Positions 51,366 through 64,000 of a DNA stretch of 64,000 nt are shown piece after piece. The stretch is from Octopus vulgaris (taxonomy: Eukaryota). Each line of letters starts with the position of its first letter. Positions within the stretch are counted from its first letter, which is position 1. The DNA is taken from positions 77,748,001-77,812,000 of the forward strand of contig OX597821.1 of assembly GCA_951406725.2 (NCBI GenBank), in the 5' to 3' direction. The position numbers and the translations under genes are program-made. Below the pieces are notes generated by a model. The model had not been told where the DNA came from. It saw only the letters and a list, made by a program, of their open reading frames with translations, and made no database searches.

Positions 51366-52603
51366 GTAAGTTGTGTATCTGTTGGTTTTAGAAAGGTCCC
51401 CCATGTTCCTTCCTGCTTGTTGTAAGACATGAGTAAAAAGGTCAGTTAAGGTAGGAGAATCATTTGCATGTTGAGCAAAGCACTTAATGGCATGTCTTTT
51501 GGCTCTCTACATTCTGAGTTCAAATCTTGTTGAGGTCAGCTTTGTCTTTCATCTCTTTGTGGGGTGATGAAGAGAAAGGGCCTGTCAAGAACAGGGATGA
51601 TGTAATCGTCCCCTTCCTTCAGAATTGCTGGCCTTGAACACTGCAACAGACAGGTGTCCCATTCAGTGGTCAATGTTGTGATCTTGGTCACTTATACATC
51701 ATGGGGTCTGGATAAATGATCTTATGAGTCCTGGGGCTCAGGAGAAAAAAATTAAAAAGAAAACAAAAACTTCAATTAATATTGATAGAGTTTTTATGGT
51801 GGCATGTAAAAAGCACCATTTGAGCGTGGTCGATGCCAGTGCCACTTGATTGGCTCTTGTGCCAGTGGCACGTAAAAAGCACTCACTACACTCTTAGAAT
51901 GGTTGGCGTTAGGAAGAGCATCCATTTGTAGAAACCTTGCCAGATTTGATTGGAACCTAGTGCAACCTCCTGGCTTGCCAATCCTCACTCAAACCATCCA
52001 ACCCATGCCAGCATGGAAAGCAGACGTTAAATGGTGATGATGATGATTATGTGATATCCCGGTTTCAAATTTTAGCACACGGTCAGTCAATTCGAGGGAA
52101 GGGTTAAGTCAATTACATCGACCGCATTGCTCAACTGGTCCTTATTTTATTGACCCTGAAAAGATGGAAGGCACAGTTGGCCCCAGCACCATTTGAATTC
52201 ACAACATAAAGTGGGCAGAAATGCTGCCAAACATGTTTCCTGGTGCCGTAACAATTATGTTAGCTCACCACCTTCATAGCCGCAATATATTGACATCGTT
52301 AAGGTGGCAAGCTGGCTGAATTGTTAGCATACCTGGCAAAATGCTTAGTGATATTTCATCTGTCTTTACGTTCTGAGATCAAATTCCACTGACGTCAACT
52401 TTGACTTTCATCCTTTCGGGGTCGATAAATTAAGTACCAGTTGCATACTGAGGTCAATCTAATCAACTGCCCTCCCCCTCCCCCCAAATTTTGGGCCTTG
52501 TGCCTTGCCTAGAGTAGAAAAGAATATATTGACTTCATTGTTCTATGAATGTGTAGAGTTTTATTCTTATTGTTTACTGTATCTTTTTTCTTTGTTTTTT
52601 TAG

Positions 52604-52616
52604 GAAAAAGCGTTGA
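52604..52616 (+). CDS. MRPS9: MRPS9 exon 14 (W-K-K-R-stop)
   Basis: Long pyrimidine tract + tAG; completes the TGG codon, then AAA AAG CGT TGA. Joined CDS is 1194 nt, 397 aa. Confidence 0.93.
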
Positions 52617-52692
52617 AGATGGAATGAAAGTCTTCAGATCAATATTGTAACACATCCATGTTTTATTGGTTTCAGAGTGAATGTAGCTGTAA

Positions 52693-52698
52693 AATAAA
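52693..52698 (+). terminator. Polyadenylation signal of MRPS9
   Basis: AATAAA about 77 nt after the stop codon. Confidence 0.6.
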
Positions 52699-53984
52699 AG
52701 GTTTTATATAAAAAAATTAACATATAATAGAAATAAACAAGTTTAACGAAAACGTGTGTTCTTCTGCAGATTTCAACTGTTTAATAGGAATGTTGATATG
52801 TTGTTCCTCTCTAAGGTCGTGAGTTCGCAGAATCGTTAGCACGCCGGGCGAAGTGCTTAGCGTTATTTCGTCTGTCTTTACATTCTGAAATAAAATTCCG
52901 CTGAGGTCAACTTTACCTTTCATCTTTTCGGGGTCGATAAATTAAGTACCAGTTGTGTACTGAGGGTCAATCTAATCTACTGGTCCCTTCTCTGAAAATT
53001 TCAGGCCTTGTGCCCAGAGTAGAAAAGAATATCTTGTTCCTCTGTCTAAAAGGGTTTGCAAAGGTCACAAGGCATAACCCCTTCCTCCACAGTAAAGCGA
53101 TATTAGGAAATTAAAATCAAGATATCTATTATGTTACACTTGTTTCAGTCATTGGACTGTGGTCATGCTGGGGCACCACCTTGAAGGGTTTAGCTAAACA
53201 CATTGACCCCAGTATTAATTTTAGAGATAGGTATTTATTCCTTTGATCTCTTACACCTTAGATCATAACTTCAACACTAAATTTTATGGGCTTTGTCTCT
53301 ATGGTTTCTGGCAGTGGAACCAGAAGTGGGTATCTATTACAACCTCAACTGCAGCTGACTGTGGTCATCCTTCATGAGGGAGGTATGAACTTGTTGGTCA
53401 GAGCAACCTCAGCCTGCCCCAGGCAAATGCCATCGCAAGTACAAGCAAGCATGGATTAAAGCTGGCAGAATCGTTGGCATTTTGGTCAAAATGCTTAGCG
53501 GCAGTGTTTCCATCTCTCTACATTCTGAGTTCAAATCTCGTCCAGGTCAACTTTACCTTTCCATCCCTCCTGGTTGAGAAACAGGTGAAGAAAAACCTTT
53601 GTTGTTCTGAAACCAGGTTTGTGGTCCAAGAGGTTCCAACAGAGGGAATTTGGTTGAAGGCAATTGGTGTTCGAGGAACAGAAGCAAGTGTTTGTGTGTG
53701 TATGCGGTAAGCCATTCTGCAACAATTGCAGACTAGAGTGTATTTTATTGTGATGTCACCTGGAATAAATCATCGTTGATGAATTCATGGATAACATCAA
53801 GAAAACAGTTATTAGCCTGGTAAAAATTTGAATAAGTTCTATCTGACATATTATTTTGGAGTATAATTTGTTTGCGGATCCATTTGGTATGTAGCATATT
53901 TAATGATTCGTAATACAGATGTTAGCAGGGCTTGCTGAAGGCATCTGTAACTCAGTAGTCACCCAGGACATGTAATGCAGTCTC

Positions 53985-55079
53985 CTTGCAGTTGCCTTGC
54001 TTTTCGAAGCAATTCTTCCAGAGGTCTTCAATTTATGCAGCAATTTATGCAGCGCTTTGTGCACGTCTTTGTCCGTAGCAAACCGACGACCTTGTAAAGG
54101 TCCAAAGAGGTGATAGTCGAAAGTGGACTCAGCAACTCAAAGCCCAACTTCTTAATTGTTTCAACAGTGTGGACGGCCATAAGTGCACGTGCATTGTTGA
54201 CAATAGGGCCCAGCATTTGGTGCAAATTGCTGGTTTCAGTTTGTTGGCCAATATTTCACTGTAACCTACACTAGTGACTGTAAACCCCTTTTCCAGGTAA
54301 TGTTCCTGTAGAGGCCCCTTTGCCTCCCTCCCCCACAAAAAAACACGTTTGTCATTGCTTTTCCTGCAAAAGGTCAAGTCTTGAATTTCTTTTTCGCTGG
54401 CGATTCTGTGTTTCCATTCCATATTCTACATTTTGGATTCTGGCTCAAAGTGAGAGACCCATGCCTCATCACCTGTGACTGTTCTCTCCAAAAACTAAGT
54501 TTTGCCTTCACCCTTGTTGCGGTTGAATAAGCGTTGACAGATTTCCACACGATTGCGCTTCGGTAAGCGCACTTGGCACGCATCTCTTTACAGAAGCGAA
54601 GTTTGTGGCGGCTGATTTCCTATGCAGAACCATGACTAATTTGCAGAGAACATGCCATCTCATTGACAGTCACTCGTCAGTTTGCCAGAACCATCTCGCG
54701 AGCTCGTCGAATCTTCACGTCAATGGTGGAAGCTGGTCATCCTGATCCTTCTTCGTGCTTTATGCTTGTCGGGCCATTTTGAAAGTCTTTGATTCACCCA
54801 TACAGACTTCTAAGCTGTAGAGCGCTGTCCCCAAATTGTACTGAAGGCCTGCGATGAATTTGAGCCCTTGACATACCTTCAGAGCAGAGAAATTATATCA
54901 CTGATCTCGGTCCTTTTACGCCCACGGAGCGACCGTGTTTTCTTTGTAACATAAAAAGGAAAACTGGAGCAATCGTAACCACAGGAGTGCCACCAGTAAG
55001 CACGCGAGTGCTGGAGGCAGTGCGGCCAATCTAGTGAATCTTTGGTGAAAGTGCAGATAATTTTTGACTGCCTCTTGTA
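53985..55079 (-). mobile_element. Decayed mariner transposon
   Basis: Frameshifted remnants TGDE.W, MEWKH, SPAKKKFK, YLEKG.TVTS..Y, NNAR...A..T...IKKLGFELL; TIR-like end TACAAGAGGCAGTCAAAAATTATCTGCAC. Confidence 0.85.
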
Positions 55080-55636
55080 TGAATAACCTCACTAACGTAG
55101 TAATCTGAGCAGGTCAAAGTTACTTCGACTTTTCGTTATCAGCGATGACGTCATTGTCTCTTAGCAACAATATTTTCAGTCCCAATACAAACATTTTCCT
55201 GTTTCGTTTGTTATTCAAACTGAATTTAATGCAGTCGACCGAAAACACCACCACCACGACTACTACTACTACTACTACTAGGAATGTATGGCTTTTCTTA
55301 GCAGCAACAGTAGTAGTAGTAGTTCTTTTCATGTCAGTGTCTTCGGTACCAATGTGAATCAGGTCCCGCCAGTGAGGTTGGTTCGAGGCATGCATCTCCC
55401 AGACGTCAATCATAATTTTGCAGTTTTTAAGAGATATTTTAGGCCGTCCGCGAATCTCTGTTAATATCGTGGTTCCCGAGACAGAGTTCGTTACGGAGAA
55501 GTTGCTTTGGAATACAGTGGTCTGGCATGCAGACTATCAGCAACCAAAGGTACACGATTAGAATGTTGGTTTCCTGAAGCATGAGGATGTTAGGGATCTT
55601 GTCCTGCCGACGGAAGTGCAGGATGCTGCCAAGGTA

Positions 55637-55991
55637 CGTGGCACTCCGTCGGTTACGGCGACGAGGGTTCCAGTTGATCCGATCAACGGGACAACCTGCT
55701 CGTGAAATTAACGTGCAAGTGGCTGAGCACTCCACAGACACGTGTACCTTTAACGTAGTTCTCGGGGAGATTCAGCGTGACACAGTGTGACCCTTAGAAA
55801 TACAGGTACAACAGAAACAGGAAGAAAGAGTGAGAGGAAGTTGTGAAAGAGTACAGCAGTGATCGCCACCACCACCCGCCGGAGCTTCGTGGAACTTTAG
55901 GTGTTTTTGCTCAATAAACACTCACAACGCCCGGTCAGGGAATCGAAACTGCGAGTCCGCTGCCCTAACCACTGGGCCATTGCATCTCCAC
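55637..55991 (-). mobile_element. tRNA-derived SINE family C
   Basis: - strand head with TGGCCCAGTGG (A box) and GTTTCGATTCC (B box); degenerate copy at ~5230-5515. Confidence 0.75.
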
Positions 55992-56055
55992 GCCGCCAAG
56001 ATGTCATGTGTGGAAATAATTGAGTTGGTTTGCATATCTACTGATTATTCAGGAT

Positions 56056-56700
56056 CAGTGGCGACTAATTGGGGTGCTGCTTCAGAAAATTTTTAGCCGT
56101 TGTTTTAATATTGTGTAGAAGGAAATAAACATATAAAAAGAATATTTATCCGTAAACTTGATCGGTTCGCGTTTTAGCCATTGCCGGGTAGTGAACACTG
56201 CCGTGAATTCTGCCTTGTTTTTCAAAAGTCCCCACTAAATCACAAAATAAGTGGGGAAAATCTGCCCTACTTTTCAAATCCTGACAGTAACACTATATGG
56301 AAGCAGAATAATAATCTAATTCTACACTTTATCACATTCAAGACACGCGGAATAAAAAAGAAACACTACCTTTCACCAGCGCCCCAGGGTCGGCACTGTG
56401 TGAACCATAGTGCTCTCTCTCTCTCCATAGCGTGCAGCTTTCTATCTCGGAAATGTGAGCATGCGCACAACAGCCAAACACCGCGTCGCTGTAACTGTGA
56501 AGCGCACAGTTCTATACAAAAATTTTTGTATTTTTTTCATAAACTAGGGGATGGCTACTGACATTTAAGGATTATATAATGTACGAGTATAAAGAAAGAA
56601 TTACAGAAAAAAGGACTCGTTATATTGAATGTTACCGATAATATCGAGTGGAAATGGTGGGTGCTGCAGTTCCGCAGTGCCTATACACGAGCCACCACTG
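56056..56700. mobile_element. hAT-like MITE
   Basis: Termini CAGTGGCG / CACCACTG; 8-bp flanks TTCAGGAT / TTCAGGGT. Confidence 0.7.
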
Positions 56701-57049
56701 TTCAGGGTTCACATGTATAGAGAAACTTTAGGACAACAACTGTGCGGTATATTTTCTGTTTGGTTACGAAATTAGTTAGTCTGTGTTTTCGCACATTCAC
56801 CCAGTTTGTCGATGCTACCCTGGCTTTGGAGCAGTGGCATAGCATGGGAGTTGGCCGTTATGTGCTGTATCCAAGCAGGTCACTCTTTCCTTATATGGAA
56901 CATAACTTTGACTTGAGCAAACACACGCATATCAAGTGGCCACCTCGATGGGATCCGCACGCCCCACGTATCTCGCACAGCCGACACCCCTACGACTGTT
57001 AGACTTTGTGGTCTAACAGCCGACCTCTTCTCAATCGATATTTACTGCT

Positions 57050-58130
57050 CTTAACAGTGTGCAACCGAGACACGTGAATCTGTCAACAATATGTATTTTT
57101 TTCTTTTGTCTCTTTACAAAATCTGACAATCATGCTATAGGTTTCCAGGCGAATGACCTTCGTCTTTATGTTTATTATGAGGTCAAAGTTGTCGCAGGTT
57201 GTTCACAACAGGTCCACCACCCTCTCTTTATCCGCTTTGAGAGAATGGTTTTCGACGAAGAGAAAACCCCCCGAGAACAGTCTCACTGAAGACAGTGGGC
57301 GTCTGAAAACTTGCATAACTTGCCATCAATATGGTACCTGAAGCAGATGAACGGGGTGTCACACGGCACCCCGATGGCATTCTATCTTGATGGGCACCTT
57401 TTATTTTACTGGGAAGGTGTCACATATTTGTTCGGCATCAAATACGCAGACCATCATGCTTATGGAAATGTCAGCCTATTCTAATAAATCCGCTGGGGAA
57501 GCGAAACTTCTCTGTGATCTTCCAAGAGACGTCCTCGCTGAATTTGCCAAGAGTCTTTTGTCAAGTCGACAAATGTCATGTAGAGATCGTAGAGTTGTTG
57601 TCAGAATTTTTGTTGGCGTTGATATACTACGAAGAATCTTGTCTATAGCCCCACGATCGGCACGGAAGACACATTGACTTTGTGGAAAGAGATCTTGTTG
57701 TACGTGTTCCAGTTGACACTTGAGCAGGAAACGGGCCAGGATTTTACTCTGCGATGAACAGGAGAGTTGTCGCATAGCTGGTGTTTCCCTTTTCTTGCGC
57801 AATGTCGGAATGTTTGAAGTTCTGGAGACTTTTCTCTTTGCTCCATTGGGGAAGATGTCAGTCAGGTGTGCATGGGCGAACGTCACAACTATTTTGTATA
57901 CACCAGCAGGAATGACGTCAGCATTAGGGATTTTGGCGCTGGATATCAACGAGATAATCTTCATGGCTTCAGGGAGTGTAGGTGGGAAGCCAGGCTTGTG
58001 GTTTACTTCTCCCGTGAAAAGCGACTTACATTATACTCATTGATTAAAGATGGTCGGTTGAGTACATTATCAAGGTTTCTATCTCTCTAGTAACAGCTGC
58101 TTGTCTTTGAGCAATGTTTGGTTTTCATAA
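57050..58130 (-). mobile_element. Old RTE-clade LINE RT fragment
   Basis: KILARFLL..LEHV.QDLFPQSQCVFRADRGAIDKI remnant; related C-terminal remnant at ~55340-55635. Confidence 0.7.
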
Positions 58131-58866
58131 CCGGAAAACAAAAAAGGGTGGGATGATCCCGAGAACTGTAGACCGTAGATGTTAATGAATCATCTCAGAT
58201 CTCGCATGTCTGGGAAAAAAACCCCTCTCAATTTCGTCTACTTTAGCACTAATTCAGAAGTCTTGCATCTCTCGAAGCCTTCTCAGTACAGCATGGGGGA
58301 ATCTAAATTTAAAAAATGCCGTATTACTTGTTACCGACGGATATTTCCAATGGAATCGGTATCGTTGATTCTCGCCAGGAAATCGAACGCGTTTCAACTC
58401 GTCATTCTCAACGAAAGCAATCCTGGTAGTTACGAATAGCTGGTCCAATATGCTTTCGGACAGTTTGATAAATATTGAATCTGAAGGAGACACAGCGTTT
58501 CTTCAGTTACGTAATATAAAAAAATATTGCATTTTTTCATTAATTTCAAACTATAATATTTCTAAAAATATTGCCAAATCAATGGAGGTTTAACATTGCA
58601 TAATATAATAACGGGAAAGTCTCTGAGCAACAAATCAAGTTAAAAGGAATTGCTTAAACGGAATTTAATGTTTCCAGTTTGTCTGGATTCCATGGACATC
58701 GTTGGTACTTCTGAAACGCAATCTATTTATTTGCTTATTTATTCATTCGATAAAGAAAAAAAAAAAAAAGAAAGACTATTCCTGTTCCTCGTCAGCTTAA
58801 CCAAGTAAGCATATCTTGGGTGGGAAATGCCGACGGGGGTATGGATGCAGTGACGTCACTAGAGAA

Positions 58867-59043
58867 TCTTCTTCTTCTTCTTCTTCTTCTTCTTCTTCTT
58901 CTTCTTCTTCTTCTTCTTCTTCTTCCTCCTCCTCCTCCTCCTCCTCCTTCTTCTTCTTCTTCTTCTTCTTCTTCTTCTTCTTCTTCTTCTTCTTCTTCTT
59001 CTTCTTCTTCTTCTTCTTCTTCTTCTTCTTCTTCTTCTTCTTC
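58867..59043. repeat. (TTC)n-(TCC)n-(TTC)n trinucleotide tract
   Basis: Direct inspection. Confidence 0.97.
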
Positions 59044-59242
59044 AAGCTACGAGCTGGCAGAGTCGTTAGCACGCCGGAGAAAATACTTAGTGGTATTTCG
59101 TCCGTCACTACGTTCTGAGCTCAAATTCCGCATAGGCCAACTTTGCCTTTCATCCTTTCGGGGGTTGATAAATTAAGTACCAGTGAAACACTGGAGTCAA
59201 TGTAATCACCAAATTTCAGGCCTTGTGACTTTAGTAGAAAGG

Positions 59243-59307
<65 letters not shown>

Positions 59308-59318
59308 TATTATTATTA

Positions 59319-59339
<21 letters not shown>

Positions 59340-59354
<15 letters not shown>

Positions 59355-59881
59355 CAGTGCATGCTATCAAAGTGACACTGGGGTAAAATATACGAAGCCC
59401 AGTATACCCATCATGACTACCCGTCTGATAAGGGTATACCAGGCACATGCATCATAACCATATGTGCGCGACATGATGATCTCATATCAAGGTAAACAGC
59501 GCATGACCTTGCAGGTGGGACCCAGTTAGAAATTTCTTCTGGTCGAGTAACCCATCCCGCTCAAAAGGTCCTTGAATAAGGATTGTTTAAGGATGTTGAA
59601 CGAAACACCCATGTTTCCAAAGGTCATTTAACCAAACCTCCAAGAATTCCTTTCAACACACTTCTGCTCGTGATCAGCGATGCACATATCGTCAGCCACT
59701 AAGGGACATGGTCATCTGGTTAAGGTCGAACAACTGACAAGCAAATCTGTGGTATTGAGCAGAATATTTGCTGTAGCCCATCTTTTATACCAAGACAAAA
59801 CAATGTACATGATAACACTTCCAATCAGTTAAGATCAGAAGCCATGAGAGCCACTGCCTGGTATTGCATAGGGACAATTAT

Positions 59882-59979
<98 letters not shown>

Positions 59980-60567
59980 ATCATTATTATCATTATTATT
60001 ATTTATTATTATTATTATTATTATTGAGTGAGAGAGCAGTTCATGCCATCAAAGTGACACTGGGGTAAAATATACGAAGCCCAATATACCCATCATGACT
60101 ACCCGTCTGATAAAGGTACACCAGGCACATGCATCACAACCATATTTGCGCGACATGGTGATCTCATATCAAGATAAACAGCACATGACCTTGCAGGTGG
60201 GGCCCAGTTAGAATTTTCTTCAGGTTGAGTAGCCCATCTCACTCAAACGGTCCCTGAATAAGGGTTGTTTAAGGATGTTGAAAGAACCACCCATGTTTCC
60301 AGAGGTGAATTATTCAAACCCCAAAGAATCCCTCTCAACACATGGCTATGATGCTCCCCCACCACTTCTGCTCGTGATCAGAGATGCACATATCGTCAGC
60401 CACTAAGGGACATGCTCAACTGGTTAAGGTCAAACAACTGACAGGCAAATCTGTGGTATTGAGCAGAATATTTGCTGTAGCCCATCTTTTATACCAAGAC
60501 AAAACAATGTACATGATAACACTTCCAATCAGTTAAGATCAGAAGCCATGAGAGCCACTGCCTGGTA
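59340..60567 (+). mobile_element. Two tandem copies of a ~530-bp repeat embedded in (ATT)/(ATC) microsatellite
   Basis: Units at ~59340-59875 and ~60030-60567, both GAGAGAGCAG..CATGC.ATCAAAGTGACAC...GAGAGCCACTGCCTGGTA. Confidence 0.9.
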
Positions 60568-60928
<361 letters not shown>

Positions 60929-61344
60929 AAGGTGATGAACCGGCAGAAACGTTAGCACGCCGAGCGAAATGCTTAGCAGCATTTCGTCTGTCGCTACGTT
61001 CTGAGTTCAAATTCCGCCGAGGTCGACTTTGCTTTTCATCCTTTCGGGGTCGATTAAATAAGTACCAGTTACACACTGGGGTCGATCTAATCGACTTAAT
61101 CCGTTTGTCTGTCCTTGTTTGTCCTCTCTGTGTTTAGCCCCTTGTGGATAGTAAAGAAATAGAAATAGGTATTTCGCCTGTCTTTACGTTCTGAGTTCAA
61201 ATTCCGCTGGGGTCAACTTTGCTTGTCATTATTTCGGGGGCGATGAATTAAGTACCGATGTAATAGACTAGTCCCCTCCCCACCAGATTTGAGGCCTTGT
61301 ACCTCCAGTAGAAATTACCATTATTATCATTATTATTATTACTC

Positions 61345-61855
61345 TTTATCACAGAATTTGTTGGTGCTCCTGGAGTTTCGCATGCATTGCGGACTTACTG
61401 TCTGCAACCTACTGGACTATGAAATCTGTTCCTTTCTTGTTTATTCTGGCCTTGCCAAAGAGGCAAACCTTTTGTAACAGTTCTACTAGGCACTCTATTC
61501 CAATTTCCATATTTTCCTTGATGCTTTCTGATACAGTTCCCAAGGACCCAACAATAATTGGCACTATCTTCACCTTCTTCATTTTCCATAGCCAGGCTAT
61601 TTCGTACTTAACCTTCTTAACTATTAGTGGGTCAAAGGAGCACGCAACATCAACTATATAGCATATGTGGTGCACCTTGTCCACCACCACTTGGTCCGTT
61701 CTGTTAGGCTGTAGCACCTCATCTGTTTGGATTGGGAAACACCCAGAGAATTTTGGTAGTCTCTGACCCCGCCACTCTCTGCGGTTTCTACTCACACCAC
61801 ATCTTGTCTATTTCTAGCCCCCGCTTTTCGCACAGTTTCCAATGTAGCACTTTAG
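61345..61855 (-). mobile_element. 3' fragment of an R4/Dong-like non-LTR retrotransposon (restriction-like endonuclease)
   Basis: QPNRTDQVVVDK...IVDVACSFD...KYEIAWLW...VKIVPIIVGSLG...LLQKVCL resembles the RLE motif RPD...IDV..P.D...EK..KY...W...V.VPI..GALG; 3' end adjoins (TAA)n. Confidence 0.8.
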
Positions 61856-61856
61856 C

Positions 61857-61887
<31 letters not shown>

Positions 61888-62179
61888 GGTGGTAGTAGTA
61901 GATCTTCGCTGATCTGAAGATGTCAAATGAAGAGACAAGCAAGAAAAATTTGCAAAGCATAGATCAGTGCATTTTCCAAATGTGATATTCGGAGTATCAG
62001 CCGGGTGAAGTGTCGCCTTTCATTAAATAAATTAACAGTCCAGAGCAGCAACGTGTATTGTGTACTTAATGTGTTTCGTACATTTGAAGGAGTTCAATGC
62101 AGAGAAATAAGTATATATAAAATACGATGACGTAATAAAAGTAATGTAACCCAAAACAGACAGTAAAACAAACAAAATG

Positions 62180-62210
<31 letters not shown>

Positions 62211-62212
<2 letters not shown>

Positions 62213-62808
62213 TATAAGGTGTGTTATGAGCGTTTATAGGATACAATCCTATATAAACTCAACTAATGATTAAAGATGGAGAAGAGATGTTAAAAGTTTT
62301 ATAAAAATTTAATCTATGCATACGATCGTTTCAAATGATAACACCAACATGTAAGAACTATGGAAAAAATTAAATTAATTATAATTATAATTACATTAAT
62401 TTAATTTAATTACGTATTACCATTCTCCTCAGGCAACCACTTTGAGTCTGTGTCGCAAAACTCAATCGGATATTCATAAATTGATTGTGTAAGATGAAAT
62501 ATAAGACCATGGTTAGGTAGTGTTGAGTCTAGTTGTGGTCTTCTGTAATATTCTTCTCTTACTACTTTTCCTGGTGTTTTCTCTATCTTTTGCACTGAGG
62601 TGAATGGTAATACGTGATTAAATTAATTTAATTATGATTAATTTAATTTTTTCCATGTTTCTTACATGTTGGTGTTATCATTTGAAACGATCGCATGCAT
62701 GGATTACATTTTTATAAAACTTTTAACATCTTCTCTTCTCTGTCTTTAATTGTTAGTTGAGTTCATATAGGATTATATCCTATAAACGCTCATAACACAC
62801 CTTATACT
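62211..62808. repeat. Large inverted repeat (~215-bp arms, ~175-bp spacer)
   Basis: AGTATAAGGTGTGTTATGAGCGTTTATAGGATA ... TATCCTATAAACGCTCATAACACACCTTATACT; inner ends CGTATTACCATTC / GAATGGTAATACG. Confidence 0.92.
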
Positions 62809-62967
62809 TGTTAAATTTTCGTATTTTTAAAATAAATATTTACATTAGTAAGCTACAATTTAAATGTGAAGAATCTTAATTAGAAATCTAACTTTGAACC
62901 CCACCAAAGCAAAAATTTCTACATGAACTCTCTCTCTCTCTCTCTCTCACACACACCCACACACATA

Positions 62968-63188
62968 CAATAATCCCTCGCCATATCGCGGTTCACCTAT
63001 CGCACACTCAGTACATCGCGCTTCACCTAGATCGCGGATTTTTCTGGCTGAAATATGTAAATTTATATCGCGGACTCCTCAGTATATCGCGGGTTTCTGG
63101 AGCCGATAGTTATTTATATTTTTTAGGTCTTCATTATTTCTGTGGCAGGTTTTGGGACGTAACAGCCACGATAGTCGAAGGATTACCG
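62968..63188. mobile_element. pogo/Tigger-like MITE
   Basis: TA flanks; termini CAATAATCCCTCG / CGAAGGATTACCG. Confidence 0.65.
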
Positions 63189-64000
63189 TATGTGCCTAAT
63201 CGCTGGTTGAGCAGAGTGGCGCTGTGGAGGTGTGCTAGATCGACCAGAGGTCACAAAAGATGTTTAAGGACTGAAATAAATAAAAGATAAAAAATGTTAG
63301 TCTAAAAGAAAAGGAAACTTAAATGTCACGAATGGAAAGCCTTTGATTTCAGGTCTTCTTTTTCGGTTTTAACCAGGAGCAAAACAACTATTACACTAGT
63401 TGTTCAACCATAGATTAACCATAAATCTTCAACCATTTACTTCAACCATGGATTAACCATAAATAAATTTAATTTTGCTGTTTAGGGAGGGCCATTACGC
63501 CAATAGTAACAACACACACACTGGTTCAATATCACTTCTTTATTTTTAGTCATTTGGTTAAATATCTATCCAATAATCTAATTTCATTTAATTTTATTGT
63601 GTTGTTTTCAGAAACGAAAATAGGCGGAGTAGAGTGTGGAGGCAAAGGTGGGGGAGATTCTATATATTTTAACCTGAATCTGAAATCGAAATTCAATATG
63701 TGAAAAGAGATTTTTGATTTTATTCTTTGAAATAAATATAAATTTTACTCTGTTTCATCAACATACACTTTTTTAATGGCTCCAGTCTTTTGACTGTGGC
63801 CATGTTTGTGTAGACCCCGAAAAATGTTTTAGTCGAAGATATCGACCCTGTTGCTTCAGCTGATGTCTTATCGATCTCCGTTTATCGACTGGCTAAGACT
63901 ACCTTAGCATAGAGGGACATAAGTCAGACTAAATATCATTATATAACTACACACACATATTTACATATACTTACACATACATGTATACGTACATGCATGC

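Overview
AT-rich, repeat-dense eukaryotic DNA. The SINE/LINE families and the (TA)n/(ATT)n/(GAT)n microsatellites look like a coleoid cephalopod, probably Octopus (inference). Two spliced + strand genes were reconstructed by hand with phase-consistent GT-AG introns. (1) The last five exons (2946-14304, about 1125 aa in window) of an unusual protein. A poly(ADP-ribose) glycohydrolase (PARG)-type catalytic domain is split by an ~850-aa insert carrying about 8 AKAP-like amphipathic helices, and it ends in a segment resembling both the PARG C-terminal lobe and the AKAP3/4/11/SPHKAP C-terminal domain. (2) A complete 14-exon MRPS9 gene (21952-52616, 397 aa). Introns and intergenic DNA hold tRNA-derived SINEs, RTE and R4/Dong-like LINE fragments, piggyBac, mariner, hAT, pogo and Helitron relics, many foldback repeats, and several Penelope-type hammerhead ribozyme motifs. 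One hammerhead family is fused to a tRNA-like Pol III head. The main candidate discoveries are the split-PARG/AKAP hybrid protein and the hammerhead-bearing SINE. All family assignments come from recalled motifs; no searches were run.
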